A stretch of DNA of 35,529 nt from a virus (Duplodnaviria > Caudoviricetes), in IMG/VR virus record IMGVR_UViG_3300043618_000010, positions 1-35,529 of that record; one strand, 5' to 3'. The notes beneath the pieces are model-generated. The model searched no databases, was not told the DNA's origin, and worked only from the letters and a program-made list of their open reading frames with translations. Positions within the stretch are counted from its first letter, which is position 1; each line of letters starts with the position of its first letter. The translations under genes and the position numbers were made by a program. Below are positions 1 to 9,591 of the stretch, in pieces.

Positions 1-482
1 AGCCGTTCAATCATCTCTGCAGTCTCGGACTCACGCTGCACGATGGAGAGTCGCGCCTTGCCGTTGGTGCCGTTCTTGAAGCAGAGACATCCCTCTCCGT
101 CGAACATGCCCGCTAGCCATCCGGCTTCCCATGAGCGGTCGTTTTCCCAGACGTCGATGGCGTGCATGACCTCGTCGCCGGGCTTGAGGCTGTCCGCTCT
201 GACCCACTGCCACCGGTTTCCCCGGAACCTTCGAGACAACCACGGGTGGGCGTAGTTGCAACGCACAGACCCCTTCGGCGTGTTTATCAGGAGAAGTGCG
301 TCACGGTGAGATGAATTCCCGGTGACGACCGCTCTTCGATATAGACGTCCTCGGGAACCTCGTTGCCCGCGCCCGTCTGGCGCCTCTTCATCGAATGCGA
401 TCAGCTCATCGCCTACTAATAGATCACCGGCAGGGCGCCATAATAGATCCGCGCACAAAATGGGAGTGTCCATACTCACACA
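1..482 (-). mobile_element. Intein with LAGLIDADG homing endonuclease (N-terminal part)
   Basis: Block A CVSMDTPILCAD (Cys codon 482-480); WRPAGDLLVGDELIAFDE; block B RCNYAHPWL (His 248-246); WVRADSLKPGDEV; LAGLIDADG motif GWLAGMFDGEG (122-90). Confidence 0.9.
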
Positions 483-638
483 CTGTACGGCCCTTTCCGC
501 AGCCAAAAGTGCGGCGTCCAACGCTTTGGTTTGGGCGTCGTAGCGTTGCTGGTGGCGCAGGTTCTGCTCGTTGAGTAGCGCGGTGAAATGCGCGTGGAGG
601 GTTCGGAGCGTCCACTCCTCATCGCGTCGCGGCCCCAT
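1..638 (-). CDS. Intein-containing coiled-coil protein downstream of the tail genes (3' end truncated by window edge; possibly lysis-region protein)
   Basis: Manual translation from ATG 638 (SD GAGAGGGG upstream) is open to the window edge: MGPRRDEEWTLRTLHAHFTALLNEQNLRHQQRYDAQTKALDAALLAAERAVQ|CVSMDTPILCADLLWRPAGDLLVGDELIAFDE... Absent from the ORF track because it has no stop in the window. Confidence 0.85.
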   Translation of the reverse strand, partial: MGPRRDEEWTLRTLHAHFTALLNEQNLRHQQRYDAQTKALDAALLAAERAVQCVSMDTPILCADLLWRPAGDLLVGDELIAFDEEAPDGRGQRGSRGRLYRRAVVTGNSSHRDALLLINTPKGSVRCNYAHPWLSRRFRGNRWQWVRADSLKPGDEVMHAIDVWENDRSWEAGWLAGMFDGEGCLCFKNGTNGKARLSIVQRESETAEMIER

Positions 639-699
639 CCGGTGCCCCTCTCGCTGGGTGCCGCCCGTCGCCGCACCCTCGACGGACGGCACGTAGGGG

Positions 700-715
700 T
701 GTCCGGATCCGGACA
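700..715. promoter_or_regulatory. Perfect 16-bp palindrome in a divergent intergenic region, possible operator
   Basis: TGTCCGGATCCGGACA lies between the starts at 638(-) and 785(+). Confidence 0.35.
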
Positions 716-784
716 TGCAGACGGCGTGAACCCGGTAGATGCTTGGGGCGTCTCACAAGCTCCGGACGCAACAGGAGGAAACTG

Positions 785-949
785 ATGGGGCGCGACAAGC
801 CGTTAGAGGTTAAGAACGTCGGCAGGTCTGTGTCTAAGCCTGCGTGGACTGTCGGCGACATCCTGTGGTTGATCTTCACTGCTGGTCTGGCGTGGCCGAT
901 CATCTGGTTGAAGCGGCGCAACAAGATGGTCGTCACACGCCATCAGTAG
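785..949 (+). CDS. Small single-pass membrane protein (moron, 54 aa)
   Basis: AGGAGG SD then ATG 785; MGRDKPLEVKNVGRSVSKPAWTVGDILWLIFTAGLAWPIIWLKRRNK...; opposite strand to the virion operon. Confidence 0.75.
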   Translation: MGRDKPLEVKNVGRSVSKPAWTVGDILWLIFTAGLAWPIIWLKRRNKMVVTRHQ

Positions 950-964
950 AACGGGCAGCAAGCC

Positions 965-1138
965 CTACGCGTCGGCGCGGAGTTTCTCCAGCTCGGCGTT
1001 GGCCTGGTCGAGTTCGGCCTTGAAGTGGAGGGCGAGTGCCTTCATCTGCGCTGCCTGGTCGAGGGCGGTGTTGCGCTGTTCGGTGAGCGCCTGGGCGAGC
1101 ACTTCGACGGGGACAGAGAACTGCTGCTGGTCATCCAT
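965..1138 (-). CDS. Small coiled-coil protein after tail fibre (possible fibre chaperone)
   Basis: MDDQQQFSVPVEVLAQALTEQRN...; SD AAGGA; overlaps the end of the fibre gene. Confidence 0.75.
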   Translation of the reverse strand: MDDQQQFSVPVEVLAQALTEQRNTALDQAAQMKALALHFKAELDQANAELEKLRADA

Positions 1139-4100
1139 GCGCGGGTTCCTTCGTTTTGTAGTAGCGGTATGGGCCATCGCCGCGCACATCGACCTCCGTG
1201 CGCAGCGGTTCAACGAGCATGTCGGCTGTGTCGGCGCGGATGGCTTTCACGATCCACGTAACGCGTAGCCCCGGGCCGCCATGGATCCGGAACTGTCCGT
1301 CTTCCGGGTAGGTGGCGGAAGCGTTCCGGATCTCGTCTGAGCAGGTGTTCACGGCAACGGCGCGACCGGCTCTGTGGGTGAGTGCCTCGAAGTAGTCGGG
1401 CAGCTGTACGACGGCGTGGCCTTGGTCGTCGAGGGTGGTTTCGCCCCAGTACTCGACTCCAGCGTGAGGGCTCTCCGTGCAGGCGTGTACCAGCCACCGG
1501 TCGGGGTCGGTCGGGTGGTCGATGATGAACGACTTGATCGACGTCCCGTCGACGTTCCACCCCGATGAGGTGCATTCCAGGTAGTGGCCGGTGCCTCCGT
1601 AGTAGCACTGCAGGCGTGTGGAGGTCTCAGCCATGTAAAGCCAGCTGAGATAGCCGCCAACCCCTCCGTTGTTGATCAATATCATCGAAGCGTCCGTGGG
1701 CCCTGCGGAGATCTCACTCCACCGGTTGCTGTTCGTTGCCGAAGCTGACGAAATCAAGCCCACACCGGCCTGATTGCTGCCATTGCCGAACTCAAGGATT
1801 CGCGCGTATGTCGTGCCGTTGCTGACGTAGAACTTGAGGTCGTTGGTTGCGTTGTCCACGACAATACGTCTGCCGCCGAAACCAGTGGATAGCTTCCCCA
1901 CCAAGGTCACGTCGCCAGTCGACGCGGAAATGTCCACGGTCTGCTGGCTGCCGGAGTTGTACGCCTTGAACCCTGTGCCGTCGAGTTGAATGCGTGCACC
2001 TGTGGCGGCGCTGCGCAGTTCGAACGCGCCGCTCAACGACAGCGACACGGTGCGGACGTTGCTTGCGTTGTACAGCTCGATGCCGGACACGTTGGAGAAG
2101 TCCAGACGGGCTCCTGTGGTGGCCGACCTGAGAAAAAACACCCCGTTGTTCTGCAACGACACCAGCAGGGTTCCGGCCGCGTTGTAGCCCTGCAACCCGG
2201 TGGTGTTGAGCTCCACCCGTTGGCCGCTCGAAGCCGTCCGGATGCTCGCGCCGATGATCCAGTTCGCCGAGATGGTGCCAGCCGTGACCTTGGTAACGGT
2301 CAGGTCCGAGATGTGGGCGTCGTCAATCAGCAGCGCGGTAGCCGTGGCAGCGGTAGACGGGGAGCTCTTGTTCCCCGCCTGATCCACAGCGATCACCTTG
2401 ACGTACCGGGTCGTGATCTCCTCAACGTCGACCGTCCCAACAGCAGGGATCAGCGCCGCGATCATCCCCGCGTTGGCCGCAACCTGCCCCTTGAGGGTGG
2501 TCGAGTCCGGCGTGTATCCAGACGAAGCCCCAACGTGCACCTCAAGATGGTCGAGGTCTAGCTCTAGGTTGTAGGTCCCACCGGACGCCTTACCAAGCGT
2601 GTGTGTGATCTGGATCGCCAGCCGCGACCCAGCCACGGTGGGAGGCGCTGGGGTCGACGGCGGGATCGTGTCCGGGTTGGCCGTCGCCGTTCCTGTAGCC
2701 GACCAAGCGCCCTGGTTTCCGTACAGGTCGACGGCCCGGATCTGGAAGTCGTAGTCCACACCTGGGGACAGGTCGAGGATCTGAGCTTGCAGGTCACCCC
2801 ACGAGGCGTAGGCGAGCTGCCAGTCCGTGGTCGCAGGGTTGAGCCCGTACCGGATCTCGTAGTGCGACCCGTCCAAGATCGTAGATCCGTCGACGTTCAG
2901 CGGGAGCAGCCAGTTGGCCAGGATCCGCGCCCTGGTGTTGCCCAGGCCATCGAGGTAGACGCCCGTGGTGAACGGCAGATCCCAGGACACCACGCCGGGG
3001 ATGGTGGAGTCCGGGATCGGGCGCGGACCCACCGGTTCCGTGCCTGCGTTGGTCAACGACCTGCTCAGCTCGCCCACGCCGATGCTGGTAGCCCCGGTCT
3101 CAGGGTTGACGTAGTCGGTGAGGTTGATCCATGTGCCGTCCTGGTGGCGGTAGGCGACCGTCATCCGCTCCGTGACCGGCCACGACGTCTCCACAGCCCT
3201 CAGCTTGATCGGGTTGATCCGCTGGCCCCGGAACGTGATCTCCTGCGCCGTGTCCACCAGCCCGGCGTCAGGGTCGTACACCCACACGTAGTCGCCAACC
3301 TGAAACGAGCCCCGAATCTCGTAGTCGTCCGCCGACAACTTCAACGCGTTCCTGGTACCGGTGAACCTGTTGAGCTGCAGCTGGGCGCGAGCGTTCGCGT
3401 TGCCCGTCGACGTCGTCGACTCGCTCACCAGGCGGACCCGCTTCACCGGGTTGCCGCGAATATCCAAATACGGGTTCGACAGGATGTTCGCCGCTCCCGT
3501 AGCCGTCGACTCGCCTTCACCTTCGGCCAGCAGCACCACCCGTGTGGTGAAGTCCTCAACGTCGCGCGAGAGTTGCATGTCGCCGGTGATGCCGGTCAAC
3601 GTCAGGTCCTTGCCCGCGTCCTTCCGCACCACCACACACGTGGGGGTGGTGACGTACAGGTTCGCGATCGGGCCCGCATCCAAGGTGGCGTTGCCGTTGA
3701 CCCGCCACTCGGCGTTCATCGTCTGGCACACGTAGTCGACGGCCTTGCCGCGCGACTGCCAAATGTGCTGACCCGAGTAGGTTCCAGCCACCGAGTACAG
3801 GGTGCCAACCACCACGGACGTACTGCCCGTCATGAGCTGTGTGATCGCTTGGGCGAAGGTCTTGTTGCTGATGGACTCTGGGGTCTCGAAGACTTCGCCC
3901 TTGTCGTCGGAGTCGCCCAGCCAGACGGCCATGCCCTGGCCGCCGATGCGGGCCTCGTCGTCGAGTTCCCGCTTGGTCAGGACACCCACGTAGCGGGCCA
4001 TGCTCAGCAGGTTGTCGCCGTACTCGGCCGGATTGACCCTACCCGGAACGATCGCAATGTGCCCGAAGTAGGCCAGCCGGTCGAGGATCTCGCGCGGGGT

Positions 4101-4160
4101 TTCCGCCTGAAGGGTGATGCCCCACGAGCCCAAGTTCATGAGCTTCTCGTTGACGGTCAC
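1131..4160 (-). CDS. Large minor tail protein / central tail fibre (hub-like N-terminus, FN3 domain, beta repeats, C-terminal chaperone-like domain)
   Basis: GTG 4160 overlaps the upstream stop (GTGA); FN3-like LSPGVDYDFQIRAVDLYGNQGAWS; ~37-aa repeats (LRSATTGARLDF...); C-terminal KSFIIDHPTDPDRWLVHACTESP. Confidence 0.85.
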   Translation of the reverse strand: MTVNEKLMNLGSWGITLQAETPREILDRLAYFGHIAIVPGRVNPAEYGDNLLSMARYVGVLTKRELDDEARIGGQGMAVWLGDSDDKGEVFETPESISNKTFAQAITQLMTGSTSVVVGTLYSVAGTYSGQHIWQSRGKAVDYVCQTMNAEWRVNGNATLDAGPIANLYVTTPTCVVVRKDAGKDLTLTGITGDMQLSRDVEDFTTRVVLLAEGEGESTATGAANILSNPYLDIRGNPVKRVRLVSESTTSTGNANARAQLQLNRFTGTRNALKLSADDYEIRGSFQVGDYVWVYDPDAGLVDTAQEITFRGQRINPIKLRAVETSWPVTERMTVAYRHQDGTWINLTDYVNPETGATSIGVGELSRSLTNAGTEPVGPRPIPDSTIPGVVSWDLPFTTGVYLDGLGNTRARILANWLLPLNVDGSTILDGSHYEIRYGLNPATTDWQLAYASWGDLQAQILDLSPGVDYDFQIRAVDLYGNQGAWSATGTATANPDTIPPSTPAPPTVAGSRLAIQITHTLGKASGGTYNLELDLDHLEVHVGASSGYTPDSTTLKGQVAANAGMIAALIPAVGTVDVEEITTRYVKVIAVDQAGNKSSPSTAATATALLIDDAHISDLTVTKVTAGTISANWIIGASIRTASSGQRVELNTTGLQGYNAAGTLLVSLQNNGVFFLRSATTGARLDFSNVSGIELYNASNVRTVSLSLSGAFELRSAATGARIQLDGTGFKAYNSGSQQTVDISASTGDVTLVGKLSTGFGGRRIVVDNATNDLKFYVSNGTTYARILEFGNGSNQAGVGLISSASATNSNRWSEISAGPTDASMILINNGGVGGYLSWLYMAETSTRLQCYYGGTGHYLECTSSGWNVDGTSIKSFIIDHPTDPDRWLVHACTESPHAGVEYWGETTLDDQGHAVVQLPDYFEALTHRAGRAVAVNTCSDEIRNASATYPEDGQFRIHGGPGLRVTWIVKAIRADTADMLVEPLRTEVDVRGDGPYRYYKTKEPAHG

Positions 4161-5335
4161 CTCTTCACCGCCATCGTCGCCTCCGGCATGCTCGCGACGT
4201 ATTGGTCCCTCAGGTTCGTGGCCTGGTCTCCGGACACGGCGCTTCCGCCGCCCGCAACTACGCCGACGTAGAAGTCGAGCCACGTGGTTGAGGTCTTGGT
4301 GAGGCCGCCATTGGCGTGCGGGTCGAAGTTTCTCGCCGATCCGGCGATGGCCCTGTTGCCGTTCGCGTCGTCGGTCGTCTTCACCACGTACGAGGTCGAG
4401 TCGGTCATGGTTTCGGAGGTAGCCAAGTAGAAGCTGAGCGTGCCGGAGTCGCCTCGCTGGAGATAGCCCTCGACGACCCTGGAACCTCGCCTGAGCGTCA
4501 AATCCAGCACCGCCCTACCCACCGTTGAACGGTTCTCGGTCAGCCGCAGAACGCACATCTCCGGGTCGTTGCGCAGGATCGTCGCAGCCTCGAACCGGGC
4601 GATCTGCGTGCCGCCGATGTCGGCCCACCAAGCCTTCGTCCGCCACGCACCGCCCGTGAACGACGCGATCTCCAGGGTGCCACCCGACAGCAAAGGCCGC
4701 ACCCTGACCAGCGTGTTGGACAACTCCCAATCGGCAGCCTCGACGGCCTGGCCGACCCCAACCCGCTCGTAGCCGACCGACAGAATCCGAACGCGGCCTT
4801 CAAGGTAGTCGCCGACCTCGCACCCCCACCGTGGGGACACGTTAGCCGGGATCGACCGATACACGGTCAGGGCCCCATCGGAGCCGGTGCGGGTCATCGT
4901 GGACGGGATCGTCGCACCCGTGTAATAGGCGTAATGGGCTGGTGGTGGACAATGCCACCGCTCCCCCGACAACGAGAAATCGTTCGCCCTCACCGCGCCG
5001 GTAAGCCTGGACTCCAGGTCAACGTCCGTATCGGAGCCATGCCTGACCAGGCCCAGCTTCCACTCGGCGACGACCACACCCTCTGCGGCCCGGTCCATCA
5101 TGTCGCCCGCCACAGAGCTGACCGTGTAGTAGCCGGACCGCTCCGGCTTGTCCTCCCAAACGACCGGCACCAGCATCCCCTGAGAGCCCAAAGCAGACTC
5201 ATACCGATACACCACATCAGCTCGCGTCAACGGCGGCATCACCTCACGGCCCACCACCTGCAACACCCCAGCGCCGGTTTCGGAGACCTCCCAGGCTTCC
5301 CGGACGGTGTACCGCCCGATCATGAGGTCGCCCAC
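4157..5335 (-). CDS. Minor tail protein (distal tail position)
   Basis: 392 aa directly after the tape measure gene; SD AAGGAG before GTG. Confidence 0.75.
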   Translation of the reverse strand: MGDLMIGRYTVREAWEVSETGAGVLQVVGREVMPPLTRADVVYRYESALGSQGMLVPVVWEDKPERSGYYTVSSVAGDMMDRAAEGVVVAEWKLGLVRHGSDTDVDLESRLTGAVRANDFSLSGERWHCPPPAHYAYYTGATIPSTMTRTGSDGALTVYRSIPANVSPRWGCEVGDYLEGRVRILSVGYERVGVGQAVEAADWELSNTLVRVRPLLSGGTLEIASFTGGAWRTKAWWADIGGTQIARFEAATILRNDPEMCVLRLTENRSTVGRAVLDLTLRRGSRVVEGYLQRGDSGTLSFYLATSETMTDSTSYVVKTTDDANGNRAIAGSARNFDPHANGGLTKTSTTWLDFYVGVVAGGGSAVSGDQATNLRDQYVASMPEATMAVKR

Positions 5336-8300
5336 GCCGACTCCTTCTCCAAGTTGCGCAGCCCTTCACGGACCTGCTCAAGGAACTGGCGGACAGCGAG
5401 TTCAGGCTTGCGCAGGTCCAAGATGAGCCCTTCGATGGGCAACACCAGGTCACCGGCGACGTTGACCCCGCCCGAAGCCCCTCCTGAGGTGATGGCCACA
5501 TCGGAGGTAGAGGCGATGGACGCGGTCGACGCAAGCCCTGCGACAGCGTTCTCGACGAGGCCGCTGGCCTTCTCGATCCCCACCGCCATACCAGCGGGGA
5601 TCTCCTTGCCGATCGCGGCGAAAACCTTCGACGGCGATGCGATGCCAAGGATGGACTTCGCCCAGTCGGCAAGTCCGCCGAACAGGCTCTGGACCTGGCT
5701 AACCAACCAGTTCCAGAGCGACACAATGCCGTTCCAGAACCCCAGGACCAGATCGCGGCCGACGTTGAACAGGAGCGATCCCATGTTCCCCAAGGCGCTG
5801 ACGATCCGTCCGGGCAGGTCGCGGACGAAGTTGATGACGTTGTTGATGCCGTCACTAACGGCGTTGCGGATGTTGTTCCATGCGGTGGACACGAAGTTTC
5901 GGGCGTTGTCCCACGCCTCGTTCCAGCGTTGGGACACCTGCCCGAGGATGTTCGAGATCGTGTTTTTGACCGCCTCAATGTGTCCGGCGATCGTGTTCTT
6001 GATGTTGTTCCAGATCTCGGCGACCTTGTCCCGGACCGACCCCAGCCAGTTGCCGATCATTCCGGGCAATTCGCCGAACCAGGCGATGATGCCCTTGACC
6101 CAGTCGATGCCCTTCTGGAACCAGTCCCGGATCGCTGTGATCAGGTCGGGGATGATGCTGTTGCCGACCAGGATATTGAACAGCCACTCGAATACATCAA
6201 CGATCGCCTTGAGGGCGACGCCGATGATGTCGGCCACCCATTGGATGGCAACCGCCAGCTTGTCGACCAGCCATGAGATGACTGTCGCGATGACCTCGAT
6301 CAGCGGCGTCAGTACCGAAATGATCAGGTCGAGTAGAACCTGGATCAGCGGCATGACCGCCTGCAGAAGCTGGGCGAAAATCCCTACCAGCTGAGCCAGC
6401 AGCGGGGCGATCTCCGTGATCAGCCCGGACAACGGGGTCAGTACGGCCATCACAAGCTCAAGGAGCACATCCAGCAGCGGTGACACTGCCTGCAGCAGCT
6501 GGCCGAACGTCTCCGCGACCACAATCAGGATCGGCGCGATCGCTTCGATCAGCGTCACCAGCGCGGGAAGGATCGCCTCGATCAGCGGCATGAACGCCTT
6601 CAACACCTGCAGCACGATCCCGATCAGCGGCGTCAACGCCTTGATCGCAATGTCGAGAATGACCCCGAGCACCGGCATCAGCGCCGCCAGCAGCTGGCCG
6701 ATGATGCCCACCAGCTGCACAATGACCGGCGCCAGCGTCTGGATGAGCTGCACCCACAGCGGCAGGAACTGCAGAACGAGCGGGACGATCGCCTGAAGCA
6801 GCTTCGCGACAAGCCCGATCAGCGGCGTCAGCGACGGCAGCAGCCCGACAACCGCTTCCACGATCGACAGCAGCGCGGGAGCCGCGGCGGTCAGCGCCGA
6901 CACCAAGGCGTCACCGATCTGGGTGGCCAACTCGACGATGACCGGCAGGATCGGCGACAGCGCCTTCACCAGCACGGTGATCGCCTGCACGAGGATCCCG
7001 CCGAGCTGCGCAGCCACCTTCGCCGCCAACTGGATCAGCGGGGTGAAGACCGGCAGCAGCTGGGCGATCGACTCCGCTAGGAGTGTCACGAACGGCGCGA
7101 TCGCCTGGATCGCCTGCAACAGAACCTGTCCGACCGTGGCAGCCAACTCGCCCAGCACAGGCAGGAGCGGAGCCGCGGCGGTCAGAATGGTCGACAGTGC
7201 CTGCACCAGCGTGGTCAGGACGACGCTCGCGATCTCCGCCAGGATCGGGATCAGCGGAGTGATGGCAGGCAGGAGAGCCCCGACCACGGTCTGCACCAGC
7301 TGAGCGATGACCGGCAGGAGCGGCTGAATCGCGGTGATCAGCGTCTGGAAGGCCTGCAGAAGCGCCCCGCCCAGCACCGTCACAACCTGCTGGACCACGC
7401 CGATCAGCGGCGTCACCGCAGGCAGCAACGCCGACAGCAGCGTCGTAGCCAGCTGCACAGCCTGCCCGATGAGCGGGCCCATGGCTGCGGCGAACTGGCC
7501 GATGGCCTGAACGATCGGGGTGAGCAGCGGGGCGAGCTGCTGCAAAGCCCCCGCAAGCGATGTTGCGACGACCGCGACCAGTTGGCCTATCACAGGCAGC
7601 AGCGGGGCGATCGCCACAGCGATCGCGCTGATCGCCTGAGCAACCGGAAGCAGCGCAGGCGCCAGAGCGGTGATCGTCTGACCGACCGCCTGAATCACCG
7701 CAGTGATCCCTGGCAGCAGCGCCGCCGCCGCCGTCCCGATCTGCGCGAACACGGGCGCTATCTGCTGCATGAGGCCGCTGATCGTCTGCGCGAGAGGCGC
7801 GAGAACCGGCCCGATCGCAGCGACAGCCTGGCCAATGCCGTTAATGACCGCGACGAGGCCTGGCCCCAGCGCCTTCAGGGCGGGAACCACCGCGTTGATC
7901 GCGGCCGTCAGTACCGGCCCGAACGCCACTGCCAGTTGAGCGACGATCGGCGCGAGCTGCCCGATCCCCGTCGCGATGGCGGTGATGACCGGCACCAACG
8001 CCTGACCGACCTGCGCCAGCGCCTGGAAAACGGCGACCAGGGTTTCCTGGCCGGCAGCCGAGTTCACCCACTTGTTCGCGGCGTCCACCAGCTGGCCGAG
8101 CACACCCAAAGCTCCGGTGCCGGACTGCTCCAGGGCGCTGAAGACGCCCTTGAAGATCCCGCCGACATCAACCAGGATCGCGCCCAACTGCTTGAACACG
8201 TCGAGAGCGCCCTGTAGCCAGCCGAGCGCCCGCCCAGAGGCGGACGCGGCCGACAGGAACTCACCGAAACGCGCAGCTGCGCTGGCGATACCTGGAGTCA

Positions 8301-9132
8301 GCCCGCTAAGGAACTGGGAACCCACCACCGCCAGGTCCCGGAACCCGGCAAGCAGTGGCGAGAGAGCGGGTGTTGTGCCGGAGATGGCCGACTTCAGCGA
8401 GTCGAAGATCACGCCGACGGCACGTACCGACTCCGCGGACCGGGCGAACGCCGATACCTGCGCTCCGGCCTTGCCGAACTCGCTTGCCAGACCTGCCATG
8501 CCGTCGCGCAGCGGGCCGCCGAGCGCCGCCACCAACGCCGTCAGCTCGCCCTGCAAAGGAGCGAACAGAGCGTCCTGGACGGCGTTCTTGATGCCATCCA
8601 GTTGCGGCTTCAGCCCGCGCAGCTCCTCGGCGACCGAGCGAGCCGCCGGAGACAGCTTCTCCAGGGCTTCAGCGAACTTCTTCGGGTCATCACCGAGCGC
8701 GGCTTTGAACGCATCCCCGACACCGGACAGTGCGACCTTGAGAGTCCCGAGAACCCCCGCAAAACCGGCAACGACTGCGGGGAGACCGGCGATCGCCCCA
8801 GCCGCCGGCGCCAGAGCTGCTGCCAGGCTGAGCACCTGCGTCGCCGCAGAAGCAGCCCCCGCAGCAACCAGCGAGAACGCCCCGGCGCCAACGCCCACCT
8901 TGGCGATCGCCGCAGTGACAGACCCCAGGCTGGGCAGGAGTGTCCGCAGCAGACCGCTAGCGAAACCCCGCCCGGCACGCTCCCCCTCCGGGGCCATGGC
9001 GTCGCCGAGAGTCCGGCCCGCGCTGCGGCCGGCGTCCCGCATCGAGGAGTCGAGCTCCCGTTCCAGCGCCTTACGGAATCCGCGGGCGCTGGGCAGGATT
9101 GTGACGTATGCGGAGCCGACCTCGGCCGCCAT
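5320..9132 (-). CDS. Tape measure protein
   Basis: 1270 aa, Ala/Leu-rich amphipathic repeats, Trp-spaced C-terminal repeats, N-terminus AEVGSAYVTILPS; follows the tail chaperones. Confidence 0.95.
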   Translation of the reverse strand: MAAEVGSAYVTILPSARGFRKALERELDSSMRDAGRSAGRTLGDAMAPEGERAGRGFASGLLRTLLPSLGSVTAAIAKVGVGAGAFSLVAAGAASAATQVLSLAAALAPAAGAIAGLPAVVAGFAGVLGTLKVALSGVGDAFKAALGDDPKKFAEALEKLSPAARSVAEELRGLKPQLDGIKNAVQDALFAPLQGELTALVAALGGPLRDGMAGLASEFGKAGAQVSAFARSAESVRAVGVIFDSLKSAISGTTPALSPLLAGFRDLAVVGSQFLSGLTPGIASAAARFGEFLSAASASGRALGWLQGALDVFKQLGAILVDVGGIFKGVFSALEQSGTGALGVLGQLVDAANKWVNSAAGQETLVAVFQALAQVGQALVPVITAIATGIGQLAPIVAQLAVAFGPVLTAAINAVVPALKALGPGLVAVINGIGQAVAAIGPVLAPLAQTISGLMQQIAPVFAQIGTAAAALLPGITAVIQAVGQTITALAPALLPVAQAISAIAVAIAPLLPVIGQLVAVVATSLAGALQQLAPLLTPIVQAIGQFAAAMGPLIGQAVQLATTLLSALLPAVTPLIGVVQQVVTVLGGALLQAFQTLITAIQPLLPVIAQLVQTVVGALLPAITPLIPILAEIASVVLTTLVQALSTILTAAAPLLPVLGELAATVGQVLLQAIQAIAPFVTLLAESIAQLLPVFTPLIQLAAKVAAQLGGILVQAITVLVKALSPILPVIVELATQIGDALVSALTAAAPALLSIVEAVVGLLPSLTPLIGLVAKLLQAIVPLVLQFLPLWVQLIQTLAPVIVQLVGIIGQLLAALMPVLGVILDIAIKALTPLIGIVLQVLKAFMPLIEAILPALVTLIEAIAPILIVVAETFGQLLQAVSPLLDVLLELVMAVLTPLSGLITEIAPLLAQLVGIFAQLLQAVMPLIQVLLDLIISVLTPLIEVIATVISWLVDKLAVAIQWVADIIGVALKAIVDVFEWLFNILVGNSIIPDLITAIRDWFQKGIDWVKGIIAWFGELPGMIGNWLGSVRDKVAEIWNNIKNTIAGHIEAVKNTISNILGQVSQRWNEAWDNARNFVSTAWNNIRNAVSDGINNVINFVRDLPGRIVSALGNMGSLLFNVGRDLVLGFWNGIVSLWNWLVSQVQSLFGGLADWAKSILGIASPSKVFAAIGKEIPAGMAVGIEKASGLVENAVAGLASTASIASTSDVAITSGGASGGVNVAGDLVLPIEGLILDLRKPELAVRQFLEQVREGLRNLEKESAWATS

Positions 9133-9174
9133 GCCTCACCCCCAAGGAAGTGGTTGAGACATGGCGGTTCGAGG

Positions 9175-9591
9175 TCAGGCGGTGCGTTGTGGCCGGAACC
9201 GGTCGAGGTAAGCAATCACCTGGTCGGGGTCCCGGTCGGTCTTGCCGTGATGCAGCGGCTCAGACTGCTGATTCCTGCTGAGACCAGGGCGCGGCATGGG
9301 TTTCGGCCGTGGTCCCTTGCCGCCGCCGCGCTGGTAGTTGGCAGCCCTCAGCGTGTCGATGGCCGCGGCGAGCAACTGCTCGTTCAAGCCCCAGGCGACG
9401 TCATCGCCGAGCAGGGAGCGGGCAAGCGCGGACTCGCGCGGCAGGTGGGACAGGTAGGCGCGGAGTTGCCACCAGCTCATCTGTCCCGTGAACAGGTCCT
9501 TTGTGGAGCGGCCGTGATGGTAGTGGGATAGGTCCCACTCGATCGCCTCCCCGTGCTCCCTTAGGAGCGCGTGGAGGCCTGAGATTCCCCC
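9175..9591 (-). CDS. Tail assembly chaperone, -1 frameshift extension (gpGT-like)
   Basis: The -1 frame reads GISGLHALLREHGEAIEWDL...LSHLPRESALAR and is entered at the slippery site. Confidence 0.85.
   Translation of the reverse strand, partial: GGISGLHALLREHGEAIEWDLSHYHHGRSTKDLFTGQMSWWQLRAYLSHLPRESALARSLLGDDVAWGLNEQLLAAAIDTLRAANYQRGGGKGPRPKPMPRPGLSRNQQSEPLHHGKTDRDPDQVIAYLDRFRPQRTA

Noticed and set aside
31-676. Short ORF-track ORFs at the left end
   Set aside because: They overlap the real intein-containing frame (638 to <1).
1131-1900. Diversity-generating retroelement target in the tail fibre tip
   Set aside because: No reverse transcriptase or template repeat is visible in the window.
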